From: Octopus vulgaris
Lineage: Eukaryota
Direction of reading: 5' to 3'
Assembly: GCA_951406725.2 (NCBI GenBank)
Contig: OX597824.1
Span: 21,018,001-21,082,000, forward strand
DNA length: 64,000 nucleotides
The position numbers and the translations under genes were made by a program. Below the pieces are notes generated by a model, which worked only from the letters and a program-made list of their open reading frames with translations, did no database searches and was not told where the DNA came from. Of this stretch, positions 36,684 to 50,950 are shown in pieces; position 1 is the first letter of the stretch; every line of letters starts with the position of its first letter.

Positions 36684-38871
36684 ATATTTTATTTTATTTT
36701 ACAAGGCAACAAAATTTTGTTTTGGTCCTCAGTCACTTAAGCCCGAGAGAGAACCTGTCTAGTACTAGAGGTACAATATACACACTTGGTATGGTTTGTC
36801 ATAGTAATTAGTAACAGAAATTGTATTCAGTTGTAAAAGACCTCAAAAGCCTCCATTCACATCTACTTTAGTACAGCATGAAACCAAGGGGCAGGAAAGG
36901 ATATTCACAATCCAAACAAACTCTGGTGTCAACAAACCAATGACCTTTTACGAAGACCAATTATGTTCTGACAAAGATTACAACAATCATCAGACAGATT
37001 ACGCACACACACAAATTCTTCAATTACTGGTTTGTAATCCGACTGCCTCTTCTCTCCATTTATAACCCACACTCTACTGAACTTATTAACTCCATCAAAA
37101 CAACTTGACTGAATTTTCTGCTATTTTCAAAAATGATCCACTCTATGAATATGTATGTGCTCCTTTCAAATAATAATAATATGCAGTATTTTGAAATGTT
37201 TTTGAGCTACACTTTTCTCCTCCGGTTACTTCAGTACAAAAAGTCCCCAAAAGATATTAGTAGGGTTACTTCTGTGTAAGATCCCCCCGCCCCTGTTTTG
37301 GTAGGGTTAGGACAAGACTTGTTGAGATAATATTCTATATATGGCTGAATACTGTACCTAACGCTTGCTCTTAAGTAATATACTTTGTATCAACGGTCTT
37401 GGCACATTGTATTGCCAAACTAAGGGACACTGTTTATGTGGAATATAAACAAATGTCACCACTGCCCAAGTTCTCTCAATGTGAAAACATGCAGAGACTA
37501 ACACACACATACCAATATGACAAGCTACTGTATAGTTCCTGACAAGCAAATTTCACTCACAAGGCATTAACCAATGGCTATTGTCCAAGGTAGAGTGAGG
37601 TACAGCAAGTTTCTTAACTACATGGCCATGCCTGTATAGGCATTCACATTTTTAAGCACTTAATCCTTTGTCAGTGTATTATAGAAACCATTTCTCTTTA
37701 TGAAGCCTTGAGAGGATGGGGATGTTGTCTCTATGTACAGACACCCTCATTGTGTTTAACCTGTCAGCCAAGATGGTTACCAAAGCATGGCCACTATACT
37801 GAAGCTTACTAAGAGCCAGCAAGGAGATGAGTCTACAGTGGTAACTAGGAATTTAAGGCCAGCCTTGTTCAAACTGTTGAACCCATTCCAGCATGGACAA
37901 CAGATGATAAATGATGATGATGCTCATATGGGTTGTATGAAATTAACTAAGGCAAATTTTTGAAGGCCAGATACTCTTCCTGTTTCCAAGCAAGGTAATA
38001 TTTCTCCATGGGTGGACATGTTTTCACATGAGATTTGAAATAAAGAACACTGCTGCTATGACAATTGTTCACAACTATCATGCTAAAAAGGGTTATACAA
38101 ACACATGCTTCTTTTAGTTTCCACCCAAAATCCTATGGTTGGGAAACAAACTTCTTTACCAGACAGCCATGTCTGCATCTATTTTCTTTGTTTTTGTTTT
38201 AATTTATTAATGAAATAAAAATTAGTTAAAAGCTGTTAAATCAATCAAGAAGTACTTTTAATAATAACAAAGCAAATACAGACTGTTAATGAGTTAATTA
38301 AAGTCTATTATTATTGCGATGCTACACAAGAAATAAAAATGTTAAGTAGTAATAAATTCCAGAAATTCTCAGATTTGAATATTTGGTTATGAAGCAAGTA
38401 ATGGGGTACAAAATGTTCTACGAAAGTGACCTGGCATATTTTATTGACAAAAGAAGTACATTATAAAAATGATTGTTTTTGCAAACAGATAACAGTCACA
38501 GTCTTTAATAAAGTTATATATAAATAATAAAACCAGATATGTAGCCTAGTTGGAGCATGTAACACATGTACGATAACCACATTTAAAGATCAATGAGAGA
38601 GCTCTTTTGTGTGGCTACCTGGCATGCTAGAAAAAGCAGTCGAGTCTTTTGCAGAACCTAACCCTTTTGGTATCAACTCACCTGAGAGCATGTAGGATGG
38701 TCTCAGGATTTAAAGAATTTAAAATTAAAACTTGCTGTTATAACTGATAATGAAAGATTTGGCTAAGTTTTATTTACTCAACATTATTTTAACGAAAGTT
38801 AATTTTACAAAAAGCCCAATAAATTTCAACTATCTACAAAATTAACTGAAATTGCTTTTTGTTAGAGATAT

Positions 38872-39283
38872 ACTCTTTTCTCTCTTTTACTTGTTTCAGT
38901 CATTTGACTGTGGCCATGCTAGAGCACCGCCTTTTTAGTCGAGGAAATCGACTCCAGGACTTATTCTTTGTAAGCCTAGTACTTATTCAATCGGTCACTT
39001 TTGCCGAATCGCTATGTTACGGGGACGTAAACACACCAGCATTGGTTGTCAAACAATGTGTGTGTGTGTGTGGGGGTGGGGCAAACACAGACACACACAC
39101 ATATATATATACATATATACGACAGGCTTCTTTCAGTTTCCGTCTACCAAATCCACTCACAAGGCTTTGGTCAGCCCGAGGCTATAGTGGAAGGCACTTG
39201 CCCAAATTGCCACGCAGTGGGACTGAACCCGGAACCATGTGGTTGGTAAGCAAGCTACTTACCACACAGCCACTCCTGCGCCT
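38872..39283 (-). mobile_element. SINE family A, full length
   Basis: Family A consensus. Confidence 0.9.
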
Positions 39284-39620
39284 GGTAACAAAAGTGTTAA
39301 AGATTGAGCAGTGATAAAATAAGAAATTTAAGCATGTCGCTTAACATTTAAAATAATTCTTTGTAACTGAATAGGGGGAGGCTGGTTTTGAAGATCTTAA
39401 GTAACTAAATTGATGTAACAACTATTCATTTTATGACAAAAAACTTCCTCTTATGTCAGTTTGTAAACCTTGAAATTAGAAGAGGGAAGGATGGATGGAT
39501 GGATGCATGAATATATGATCATTGCCCACTTGTGTTTAAGGAAGACCATCAGTGATAAAAACAGTGACACCTATGCAGAATTTTACGTCCAATAAGTACT
39601 GCACAACACCTCGTAGACCC

Positions 39621-40028
39621 TTAAATTTGCATAAAGAACCTATTTCTTTGTTGAGTAACTAATTAATATTTGTGGTTAAGTACTTCATTAGATCTAACAC
39701 GATAAATCACAACAATCCTTTCAAACAGCCAGAAAAGTTATTCAGCCCAGATATGTGATACGCAACAATATGCCATATAAACTTGCCACATCCCATAAAC
39801 AAATTCTTAAATAATGAGTCAGATTCACGACTGTAACTTTATTCATTCACGGGATATTACAAAGCAATGGAGATCAGAAGAGAGGAGGGGGAAAGATTTA
39901 AAAAAAAAATTTTTTTAGTTATTCCCAAATTCTGTTTGTCAAAAAGTAATTCTTGTTAAAATAGGTTAAATCATTTGTGTATGAAACAAGTTACTCAACA
40001 AAGAAATAGGTTCTTTATGCAAATTTAA
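39621..40028. repeat. Perfect 40-bp inverted repeat with 328-bp spacer
   Basis: 39621-39660 ttaaatttgcataaagaacctatttctttgttgagtaact is the exact reverse complement of 39989-40028. Confidence 0.9.
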
Positions 40029-41327
40029 AAAAAATAAAATCCAACAACCTTGGAAAGGAGGTGGCATAATAAAAGAAAGGAAGCAAGTAACAGTGGAAGC
40101 AGAAAGGCAATGTGAAGAAATTTCACAGAGCAATATGGAAAAACCTGATTCCACCATCATCATCATCATCATCATCATCATTTAGTGTTTGAATTACATG
40201 CTGGCAGGATTTGACAGATTAGATAATTATGTCCAGCGTCCATATCTGTTTTGGTATGGTTTCTATGGTTGTATGCCCTCCCCAACACCAATCATTTTGA
40301 CTGAGTGAACTGGGTGCTTTACCATGTCACTGGCATTAGTGAGGTTCACAAAGTAACTGACAAGACATGACCCCTCGATTGAGCGGAGTGCAGTATTGAG
40401 GGTGGCAGTTTGTGTCAGGTGTTAAGAGGTAAGAGTATGACAGAGAGAGAGGAACAGGTGTCTTGCTGTAGAGGATATACATGGCTACCCCAGTTGAAAA
40501 AAGAAAGATGATGGTGATGACATGTCAGGATATACCCTCAAGATACAAGGAGGAGGATGGCGACAGAGAAGAATGCACCTTATTGTGCCAACCTGAGCCA
40601 TGGCACACACACACAATGGCTGTCTACTCTATATTCTAGTTAGACTACTGGGTTACAATATTTTTTTTAAAATTCTATAATCTTTCCTTTCTCATGTGAA
40701 AATATAACTAATTTTATAGTGTTTTAGACTGATGGTCATATTACAGGCATTTTTGTGTTTTATAAAATTATAACTGTAGAGCAGTTTCTATACTTGTAAA
40801 GAAACTCAAACCGAATCCTATATTACATCAATGTAACAAATGTTAAATTGTCCTCTGAAACGAGAGTCTATGCTGGCCGGATGACTCAGTATTTTGTCTG
40901 TGTCATTTGTAGCTACGATCTCTGTCAGGATTATCCAATTTGAAGCTTTTGTGGGGTGAAGTTACATGGTGGCAGGCAAATCATTAATAATATCCAGCCT
41001 TTCACTCCTACAGAATTAATAATATAAATACCAGCAATACATTGGGCAATGACGGTTGAATTGTTGCAAATCTTATCACCAACAGGATTGGTTATATTCT
41101 TCAAGACAATTATTTCTACAACTTACTAATGATGGGATTCTTAAGTTCAACAAAGAGGGAATACCATTGAGAATTCTTGCTTGTCTAAGACTGTCTTGGA
41201 TTTCCTCCTTTATGACTAGAAAAAAACCTAACAGTAAAATTATTTTAGAGCAAGTAACCATTATTTTGTTACTACTTGAAATATTTTCTGGCCACTATTT
41301 TGCCATTTAAATTTCATTGAGATTTAA

Positions 41328-41548
41328 CCCTTTCATTACCATCTTGGCTGAAACCAGCTCTGGCTCTGTGTACAAATGTCTAATTTTCTTAAGTTTTGAA
41401 TTAAAATTTCCCACCAAACCTTAGTCACAATTTATGTTCCTAACACCAGCTTAATGATAACTAAGTTATTTTACTAAATTCTTTGTTATATCTAAAATTA
41501 ATTGAAAGAATCACAGAGCATCTCAATAGAAATATGGTAACAAAAGGG
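41328..41548. mobile_element. piggyBac-like MITE family 2
   Basis: TTAA-CCCTTTCATTACC .. GGTAACAAAAGGG-TTAA. Confidence 0.9.
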
Positions 41549-41698
41549 TTAAAAAGAAAAAATAATCAGCAGAAGACATAAGAGGAGACTTCGGTGTGGT
41601 CACTCTTTATGCTAGAAATAACAGCCTAAATTTCCTTCAATCCTCACCCTTCCAACTACTACTAATGTGCCTCTACCCAAATGTAGAGGTGTGTTTAA

Positions 41699-41919
41699 CC
41701 TTTTCAATACTAACATGGCTGAAACTCCCTCTAGCTTTGTAGTACAAATGCCTTGTTTTCATAAATTTTGAATTAAAATCTTCCACCAAACCTTAGTCAC
41801 AATTTATGTTCCTAACACTAGCTTAATGAGAATTAAGTTATTCTACTAAATTCTTTGTTATATTTAAAATAACTGAAAGAAACACAGAGTATCTCAAAAT
41901 AAATACAGTAATGAAAGGG
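41699..41919. mobile_element. piggyBac-like MITE family 2
   Basis: TTAA-CCTTTTCAATAC .. GTAATGAAAGGG-TTAA; same length (221 bp) as the neighbouring copy. Confidence 0.9.
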
Positions 41920-43881
41920 TTAATCAAATTCTCTTGACTGGTTACTATAATCTAGTGACCACAATTGTTCTGCAGATTATTATTTTTTTTTTTTGTAATG
42001 AAATTTATAAACAACCTTTTCAATCAGAAAGAGTGATCGCTTCTTCAATAATTTAGCAAGATCATTTATTGAGTGAACTACATGTCACATATATAATCAT
42101 GTCTTCTAATCTTTATAAATGCATAAACTCACACTAAATATGAACCACCTTTAAGAAAATCAAATAATGTACATTCATAGACACTGATGGCTTTCAAAAA
42201 GTACAACAGCAACTTGAGATCAAATTATATATATTAAATCTGTGAAGCTAAAGGTATATTTAATCCTTGCTTGAACAGACAGTACAGGTTAACTTGATGA
42301 CTCACTGTTGTACTTTTCACTTGTTGTTGCTGTTGTTGTTGTTGCTTTGGGTCATTTGTACCCCAACATCTCTAACAGTTCAATCTAATTCTAAACTTTC
42401 TGGGAACAAAGTTACATGTGTGCAAACAAACCATCAATAATATACCTTAGCAGAATAATATTGCCAGCCTTGATTTAACTGCTTTCTGTCAAATAAACAT
42501 GTCATTAATGCCAGCATCGTCATTTTAATATCTTTTTTTTTTTTCTTCTTATTTCGTGTTGCTATGATTACTTCCACCATTTTTCTTTTCTCTCTTTATC
42601 TAATCTGAAAAACCTGATTCAACCCTTTAGCAAACAGATTACACTATCAAATGTAATGCATATTTATTCACATTATAGTTACATGTTATCTTGTAGCTTT
42701 GAGATTTCAATGATGTGATTGTTTATTTTTAGAATGACATTGTAGGGTAGGTGTGAGAGGCTGGATCTAGCTAGTTTGAACATAAAACAAGTAGACTATC
42801 TGAGGCAGATATGACCAGTTTAAATGCTAGAAGGTTACGATCTGATTTATCTATTTCATGTTCATCCTAAATTTACCTCAGCGGCCTTTTACTACAATCT
42901 TTCTCATCACATATTCAGAAAACAGCAATCATCTGTCTTCCATATACCAACTTACATCTTTGGTAACCAGCTATTTCCTCAGTTCACTTGGCTCTTCATC
43001 ATCTTTCTCAAATTCATAGGGTGCATAAAATGACCCAAACTTAAATCATGCTTCTCTTATCACTACCGTTTCTTTACATTTACTCTTTATGTCTCAATGC
43101 CATACAGCAAAATGAACGCATACATTGTCTTCCTACCCATCTGGACAAACAATAACTGACGTGGACTGTTATTGCAGACACAGGAGAAACCAACTGTGCC
43201 AGAATGAACAGATCCCTGACAAAAGTGTTACTATCCATGTAAAAACAATAACTATTTTCTAAGGTATGTAAATGATACAAATCTTAGATTTCTCCTTTCA
43301 TAAACAACATGTGGTTGGCAAGCAAAAGATGCATGGTTCGAATCCCAACAGTGGGCCTTTGTTTCTCTTTCCAGTCACAAGTTTGTGTGTGTGTGTATAT
43401 ATAATGGTGATGATTGTGGGTGGGTAGAATAAGTTTATTTACTATCATTATCTTACAGATGAGATCCTTCTGTTTCACAGAAGGATATTATTAATACATG
43501 TACACACACACAAATAGGTGCAGGCGTGGTTGTATGGATAAGAAACTTGCTTTGCAATCACATGGATTCAGGTTCAGTCCCTCTATGCGGCACCTCGGGC
43601 AAGTGTTTTCTACTATAGCCTTCAGCCTGATCAATGGCTTGTGAGCGAATTAGATAGACTAAAACTATGTAAAATTTCATTGTATATAAATAGGTGTGTG
43701 TGTGTGTGTGTGTGAGTGTGTCTAACACTTCCAAAACTAATGTTTTACAGCTAAAACCTTTATCAAGCTACACCTATGATCCTGATATAATTAGTCACAT
43801 ACTTAACTGATAATGAAGACTGCTTTACTTCTGCTTGACAGTAAAACCATGATGCATAATTTAATCAATAACCCATCCTTT

Positions 43882-43922
<41 letters not shown>

Positions 43923-44023
43923 TTAAAAATAGGATAAAATCTTTATAAGAATTTATCAAGTAGTTAGCGTGAAAAAACTCATAACAGAAAAATCCATCAA
44001 TTTTTCTTTTAAATATATTTATT

Positions 44024-44156
44024 TATATTATATAGAAGGCATTACTATAGATAAATGCCACACGCTAGGATGGACTCTTAAAGTCAAAACTACCAAAATA
44101 AATATTTTGGTAGGTTTGACTTTATGCGTGTGGCATTTATGTATAGTGATGCCCTC

Positions 44157-44167
<11 letters not shown>
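44024..44167. repeat. Imperfect foldback palindrome (~65-bp arms) at the end of a Penelope-like remnant
   Basis: tatattatatagaaggcattactatagataaatgccacacgc..taaagtcaaaactaccaaaata mirrored about ~44101. Confidence 0.85.
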
Positions 44168-44202
<35 letters not shown>

Positions 44203-44353
44203 GAGTTAGAGGTTGAGAAACCAACTAAGGGATAGTACCTATCTGATATACTGCTGGTAGTGTACTCAGTTATTCATAGCCAAGTGCTAGTTATTGCATG
44301 GCAATCTCGCAATTGAGTAAAAGAGTGATTTACCCATGATTTATACAGCAAAT

Positions 44354-44798
44354 AAGAAAGCGAAGAGGATATAAAAATCAACAGACATCAGCCAGTAAAC
44401 ATTCCAGTATATCTATTTATTCAAATGTATGAGAGGTACAGATTCTCGAGGGAAAAGCTGGTAACTGCATAAACAAGGGTGTGAATACATATACGCATAT
44501 AGAAACAAATGAACAAATTGTCAAGAAACTGAATGGGTGTGCCGGTGCTAGTTCCTTACAGCTGTTTCTGCCAAGAGGCAATGAAACAGCTGTAAGGAAC
44601 TAGCACCGGCACACCCATTCAGTTTCTTGACAATTTGTTCATTTGTTTCTATATGCGTATATGTATTCACACCCTTGTTTATGCAGTTACCAGCTTTTTC
44701 CCCTCGAGAATCTGTACCTCTCATACATTTGAATAAATAGTCATACTGGAATGTTTACTGGCTGATGTCTGTTGATTTTATATCCTCTCCGTTTTCTT
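44354..44798. repeat. Long near-perfect palindrome (~215-bp arms, 14-nt spacer)
   Basis: 44354-44568 mirrors 44583-44798 with few differences; spacer tgccaagaggcaat. Confidence 0.95.
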
Positions 44799-46495
44799 CA
44801 TCATCATCATCGTTTAACATCCGTTCTCCATGTTAGCATGGGTTGGACGGTTTGACCAGGGATCTGGGAAGCCAGGAGGCTGCATGAGGCTCCAGTCTTA
44901 TCTGGCAACGTTTCTACAGCTGGATGCCCTTCCTAACGCCAACCACATAATATATACATATATATATGACATTATACATATATATATATATGATATAATA
45001 CATATATATGACGTAATATATATATATAAGATGTAATACATGTCTTATAGTCAAAACCAAATTCTACTGTAAAACAAGGTTTAATGGAAAGTTCAATGGT
45101 AAATTGGCAGAGTTATTGGAGCATCAGATGAATACGTTGTGGCATTTGTTCTGACTCTATACTCAGAGGTCAAGTCCAGCTGGGGTCAAATTTACTTTTT
45201 ATAATTTCGTGGTCAATAAGAGAATACTATTCCAAAGCTGCAGATTGGCAGAAGTGTAAGAACATCAGTCCAGATGCCCTTGTAGCGTTTGTTCTGGCTC
45301 TCTGTGTTCTCAGTTCAAATCCCACCATGGGTCCCCGCATGGCCAGTAGATTTAACTTCCCACTCAGTTTAATACTATCACCTGGAACATCGGGAATTTT
45401 TAGTGAGAGTACAGTCTGTTGCAAACACAACAGGCCAGGTTTCCGGTTTGTGGATATCTTCCTCCCGCCCTCCCTCCCTCCTATGAGTCTCAAGAGGCCC
45501 TGCAAAGGGCCATAAGCACTGCCTTCCCTTCTGACTAAAAGATGAAAGGAAGTAAAAAAAAAAATGAAAATATGGCCAACATTTCATAATACTGCTTTTC
45601 ATAAGACCCATCCAATGTGGGGGAAAATTAGTAATTTTGTCAAAAGATAAAATCAGTACGTTTGAAAAAGCGAGGCTTTTAATGAACTAAAAATAACACT
45701 TTCATCTTGTGTGATGGAGCCTTTTACAGGATAAATAAATAAATAAAAAAAACAAAATTATATAAGAAAATAAACATTCATAATATTTCACACAAAATGT
45801 TGACATTCTCAGGGTTACTAAAATAATATTATCATTGCTAATGCCAGTTATAAAGTACATGAACTCATTAAGGTAATTAGCAGATTATGCTACACATATA
45901 ATCCCATTAACTAATACATCATATAGCAAAAAGCTTGTTACAACTCATAAATCAGGGAGTGATATATTTATAGAAGACAAAAAGAATGCAAAGCTCTATA
46001 AAAATAGGAATTTTATGAGTTGGACGACTGGTTCTGATACTCTTGATAATGTGTGTGTGTGTGTGTGAAAGAGTACTGACCTCGCCAGAGCATCTTTTGA
46101 TTCAGCAAGAGGCGAAAATAATGATGATGAGCTGAAGAGGAAGCCTCCACATCATTGTTCTACCTGCTAGAAATAAAACCCAACCCCCAACACCTCAAAT
46201 CCTATCCCACCATCTTAGACAAGAAATTCAACTTATATTGAATTTTTGTAAAGTTATTTCTAGGATGCTACCGTGGAAACCCACGAAGAGAGACAGACAG
46301 ACAGACAGAGAGACACAGACGATAACCACCAGCTGTGGAGTTGATGGTGAACTCCAGAATTAAGCAAACTTTCTTTAGACGGCTTTTTCTGGGTCCTTCT
46401 TCACTAAGAAGTAGCAGTGTTACCTTTGCAAAGGGTACTCAGACACCTGAGGAGCTGCTGAATTTCATCATAGTTTGAAAAAGAAGTAACCAATA

Positions 46496-46850
46496 GGTGC
46501 AAGAGTGGCTGTGTGGTAAGTAGCTTGCTTACCAACTACATGGTTCCAGGTTCAGTCCCACTGCATGGCACCTTGGGCAAGTGTCCTCTACTAAAGCCTT
46601 GTGAGTGGATTTGGTAGACGGAAACAGAAAGAAGCCTGTCATGTGTGTGTGTGTGTGTGTTTTCCCCCCCATACATCATTTGATAACCGATGTTGGTGTG
46701 TTTATGTCCCTGTAACTTAGCGGTTTGGCAAAAGAGACTGCTTGAATAAGTACTAGGCTTACAAGAATAAGTCCTGGGGTCGATGTCTTTGACTAAAGGT
46801 GGTGCTCTAACATGGCCACAGTCAAGTAACAAAAACAAGTAAAAGAATAA
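46496..46850 (+). mobile_element. SINE family A
   Basis: Family A consensus with small deletions. Confidence 0.85.
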
Positions 46851-46974
46851 AAAAATAATAGTCCAAACTGAAGGTTTGCTTTTATCTACTTCACTCACGC
46901 CAGTTAAACCTATATATTCCATTACTACCTATCATTGCAATCCAGATTTAAAACATGATAATTATTTAACTGTT

Positions 46975-47209
46975 TCTGATTTAGGCCATAAGGCAAACAA
47001 TTTTTATTGGAAGGAATTAGTTGATACCATTGGCCTGTCACTTGACTGGTAGTACTTTACTGATCTCAAAAGAATGAAATGCTAAGATGATCTTAGCGGG
47101 ATTTGAACTCAGAGTTGTGACAAATATTACAAAGTATTTTTTGCAATGCTCTAATGATTCTGCTAGCTCTGGCTTGATAACAGCAAATATTATTAGGATG
47201 CAGTGATGA

Positions 47210-47256
<47 letters not shown>

Positions 47257-47692
47257 TCCTTTCTTTTATAGGCACAAGGCCTGGAATTTGTGGGGAGGGG
47301 GGTAGTTGATTACATTAACCCCAGTACTTGACTGGTACTTAATTTATCGACCCAGAAAGGATGAAAGAGAAAGCCGACCTTGGCAGAATTTGAACTCAGA
47401 ACATAGCAACAGGCAAAATACCACTAAGCATTTTGTCCAGTATGCTAATGACACAGCCAGCTTGCAATAATAATAATGATTTCAAATTTTGCCACAAGGG
47501 CAGCAATTTTGGGGGAGGGGGGGATGAGTCAATTACATCGACCCCAATGTTCAACTGGTTCTTATTTTATCGACCCCGAAAGGATGAAAGGCCAAGTCGA
47601 CCTTGGTGGAATTTGAACTCAAAATATAGTGATGGGCGAAATACTGCTAAGCATTTCATCCAGCATGCTAGCGATTCTGCCAGCTCACCAAC

Positions 47693-47695
<3 letters not shown>
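46975..47695 (-). mobile_element. Cluster of three SINE family B copies separated by (AAT)n tracts
   Basis: atttgaactca at ~47101, 47388, 47611, each in SINE B context. Confidence 0.8.
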
Positions 47696-47734
<39 letters not shown>

Positions 47735-48230
47735 TAACAAGGAAACATTTACATGCTCCAGGAAAAAGCATATCCATTATAAAATGCGGAAGAGAGCAAT
47801 CCTCATTTCTGTCAAATAACATGGCAATATGGCAGTAAGTGTCTGCAATAGATAGAAAAGATGTTTTTCTTTTCTTTTTTCATTTTTTTTTTCTTCTATT
47901 TATTTGCTTCCTTTTTGCAGAAGCCCAGTGTCAACAAGCAGTTCATTAATTGACTTTCCTCAAATGCCTAAAATTTCATAAATATAAATACAAGGTTTGG
48001 CATCCTTCAATAACCAACTTTTCATGCACACACACACACACTAAACCCCTCTCTTGTTCTTTCCCTCTCTCTTTTTCAATCCCCTCACACTTAAACTCTT
48101 AAGTTTATACATATTTACACAACAGATATAGAGGAATCACTTTAATTCAAGTATGGTTTATTTCCTCTTTAATCGTTATCTCCACCTCTCCTCATCACAC
48201 ATTTGCATGCTCTCTCCCTCTCTGTATATG

Positions 48231-48261
<31 letters not shown>

Positions 48262-48336
48262 ACATTTTTTTTTATTTATTGAGAATGGAATTGTGTAGTG
48301 CATCCAGCTGTAAAATATTTGAGTCATATTTAAACC

Positions 48337-48510
48337 ATCATTGTTTAACGTCCGCTGTCCATGCTAGCAAGGGCTGGACAGTTTGACTGAGGGCTGGCAA
48401 ACCAGGAGGCTGCACCAGGCTCCAATCTGATCTGGCAGTGTTTCTACAGCTGGATGCCCTTCCTAACGCCAACCACTCCGAGAGTGTAGTGGCTGCTTTT
48501 TACATGCTGA
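48337..48510 (-). mobile_element. Family C retroposon; further copies ~21000-21228(+), 24863-25030(-), 28925-29060(+), 44799-44947(-), 57857-58030(-), 60857-61045(-)
   Basis: Family C core. Confidence 0.85.
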
Positions 48511-49123
48511 TACACACAACAAACACACACACATACAAAATGCAGGTGTGAGAGTGTGTGTGTATACATAAATGCACATCCTGTATAAGGCCACATATAA
48601 AACAAGACATACTAATACTATATCTGAAAAAGAAAGAAAAAAGAGAAAAATGTCATGGCAGGAGTGCCTTTGATCATAGGTCAGCTAGATAAAGGATGAG
48701 TTGGTGCTTATAAAAAGCAAGACACCACATGAAAAATATTGAATTGATTGAATTTATCCAGCAAGCAAAGACCGATACTAATGATATCATCATTATCGTT
48801 TTACATCTGCACTTCATGAGAGCTTAGATTAAATGGAGGCACATGTTGTACTGTTTTTACACACACATGTATATGAAGGGTGAAGGCATGACTGCATGCT
48901 TATGAAGTTCATTCCCCAACTACATGGCTCCAAGTTCAATCCTCTTGCGGAACCTTGGACTGTACACTACCTTAGCCTCAAGTTGATCGATGCTTTGTAA
49001 GTTTTTAGTTAACTCAAACTATTTAGAGGCCTGGTACATATGTAGATATATGCGTGCATTCAAGCACAAACATAAAATCCAGTGCATACCCATGTGCTTG
49101 CATACAAATATATATAATATATT

Positions 49124-49540
49124 AGGTACAGGAGTGGCAGTGTGGTAAGTAGCTTGCTTACCAACCACATGGTTCCAGGTTCAGTCCCACTGCGTCGTGG
49201 CACCTTGGGCAAGGGTCTCCTACTATAGCCTTGGGCTGACCAAAGCCTTGTGAGTGGATTTTGTAGACGGAAACTGAAAGAGGCCCATCGTTTATATGTA
49301 TATTTATATGCATATATGTACGTGTGTGTATATGTTTGTGCGTCTGTGTTTGTCCCCCCAACATCGCTTGACAACCGATGCTGGTGTGTTTACATCCCCC
49401 GTAACTTAGCGGTTCGGCAAAAGAGACCAATAGAATAAGTACCAGGCTTACAAAGAATAAGTCCTGGGGGGTCGATTTGCTTGACTCGAGGCGGTGCCCC
49501 AGTATGGCCGCAGTCAAATGACTGAAACAAGTAAAAGAGT
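49124..49540 (+). mobile_element. SINE family A, full length
   Basis: Family A consensus. Confidence 0.9.
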
Positions 49541-50741
49541 AGTGGACAAACAAAAGAAATTGGCACGTGTGTGCACGCACAAACACACACACACACAAGT
49601 GCACACACAAACATGTCTTTTGGGGGTCTGATGAGGTGGCAGTCCATCATAATTACTCTCCACCAGCTGCTGCAGTTCTCGTTTTCAGCAGAGAGGACTG
49701 GAATAATTGAAAATGAAATGTCATACTCAAAGTGTGATGCAAAGTGGCAAAGGATGGAAAACAAAAAAAATTGACAAAGGTTGGGTGGGTTGGGTGGGTG
49801 GGGGGAGAGAAAACTCTTCAAATTAGTTAGACAGACACTCCTTTGTCACACTCTTGCAATGGATAAATGTAATGAATTAGTGACTGGTCTGGAAATCTGT
49901 GACTAATAATGCTACTGTTTGCCAACTGGGATATACAACAAACATAGTAATAATGAACCACACTGATAAGCTGGTGAAAATACAAGGAGTGATTAAAGTC
50001 CATTTGGTGAAGTGCTGCTTTTCTTTATATTAAGATATTATGGTATCATCATAAAGGAAAGGGTTAAATTCAGATAATCTAAAAAAGCAAAAAAAAAAAA
50101 AAATTTTTATCAGCTTGCATATTTTAACAATATGCGCCTTTAATATAGGCCGCACATAAAATCTTCCCAGTTAATTTTCCTTTTATGGTTGCTGCACCTC
50201 TTATGTGTCCATAGATTACACTGGGTACATCTTATGGAGTTTCTACCTACACCTTTTCTACAGACCAAGCAGGGCAAACTAAGAGCAAGTGGGCTGTGTG
50301 GTAAGAAGCTTGCTACTCAACCACATGGTTCCAGGTTCAGTCCCACTGTATGGTATCTTGAACAAGTGTTTTCTACTATAGCCTTGGTTTGACCAAAGCC
50401 TTGTGAGTGGATTTAGTAGACAGAAACTGAAAAAAGCCCAGTGTATATATATATACATATATGTGTCTACAATCCAGTATGAATGTTACTATCATATAAG
50501 CCAAGAGCACTTTTATAGTTAATAACAGATCAATCTCGATAAGTTTCAGGTTAAGAAACATGAACAAACTTCAATAGAGTTTGTACAAATCATGAATTTA
50601 CCGTGAAGCGGATGTGTTTATCTTTGAAATCATAGGGAAACCCTGAGGATGTTGATGACCTGATGTGATGAACTTTGCATGCAAAGCCCAAAAGTGGAAC
50701 AAACTAAGGCTGCATTGAGGAAATATTAAGGTTATTGTTGA

Positions 50742-50950
50742 AGGCGGTGAGCTGACAGAATTGTAAGCATACCAGGCAAAATGCTTAGCGGGATTTCATC
50801 TGCCCTCATGTTCTGAGTTCTAATTCCACTGAGAGTGACTTTGTCTTTCGTCCTGGGGGTCAATAAAATAAATGCCAGTTGAGCACTGGGCTCAATGTAA
50901 TTGACTTACCCCCACCCTGTAAATTGCTGACCTTGTACCTAAATTTGAAA
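50742..50950 (+). mobile_element. SINE family B, older variant
   Basis: ggcggtgagctgacagaa..ttctgagttctaattcc. Confidence 0.75.

Noticed and set aside
38859-39314. 151-aa ORF and similar ORFs (RASFSFRLPNPLTRLWSARGYSRRHLPKVP; DGLLSVSVYQIHSQGFG) at many loci
   Set aside because: All are translations of SINE family A, not a protein family.
47835-47920. Plus-strand GTAAGT..polypyrimidine-GCAG mini-intron
   Set aside because: Flanks show no coding signal; plausible by chance.
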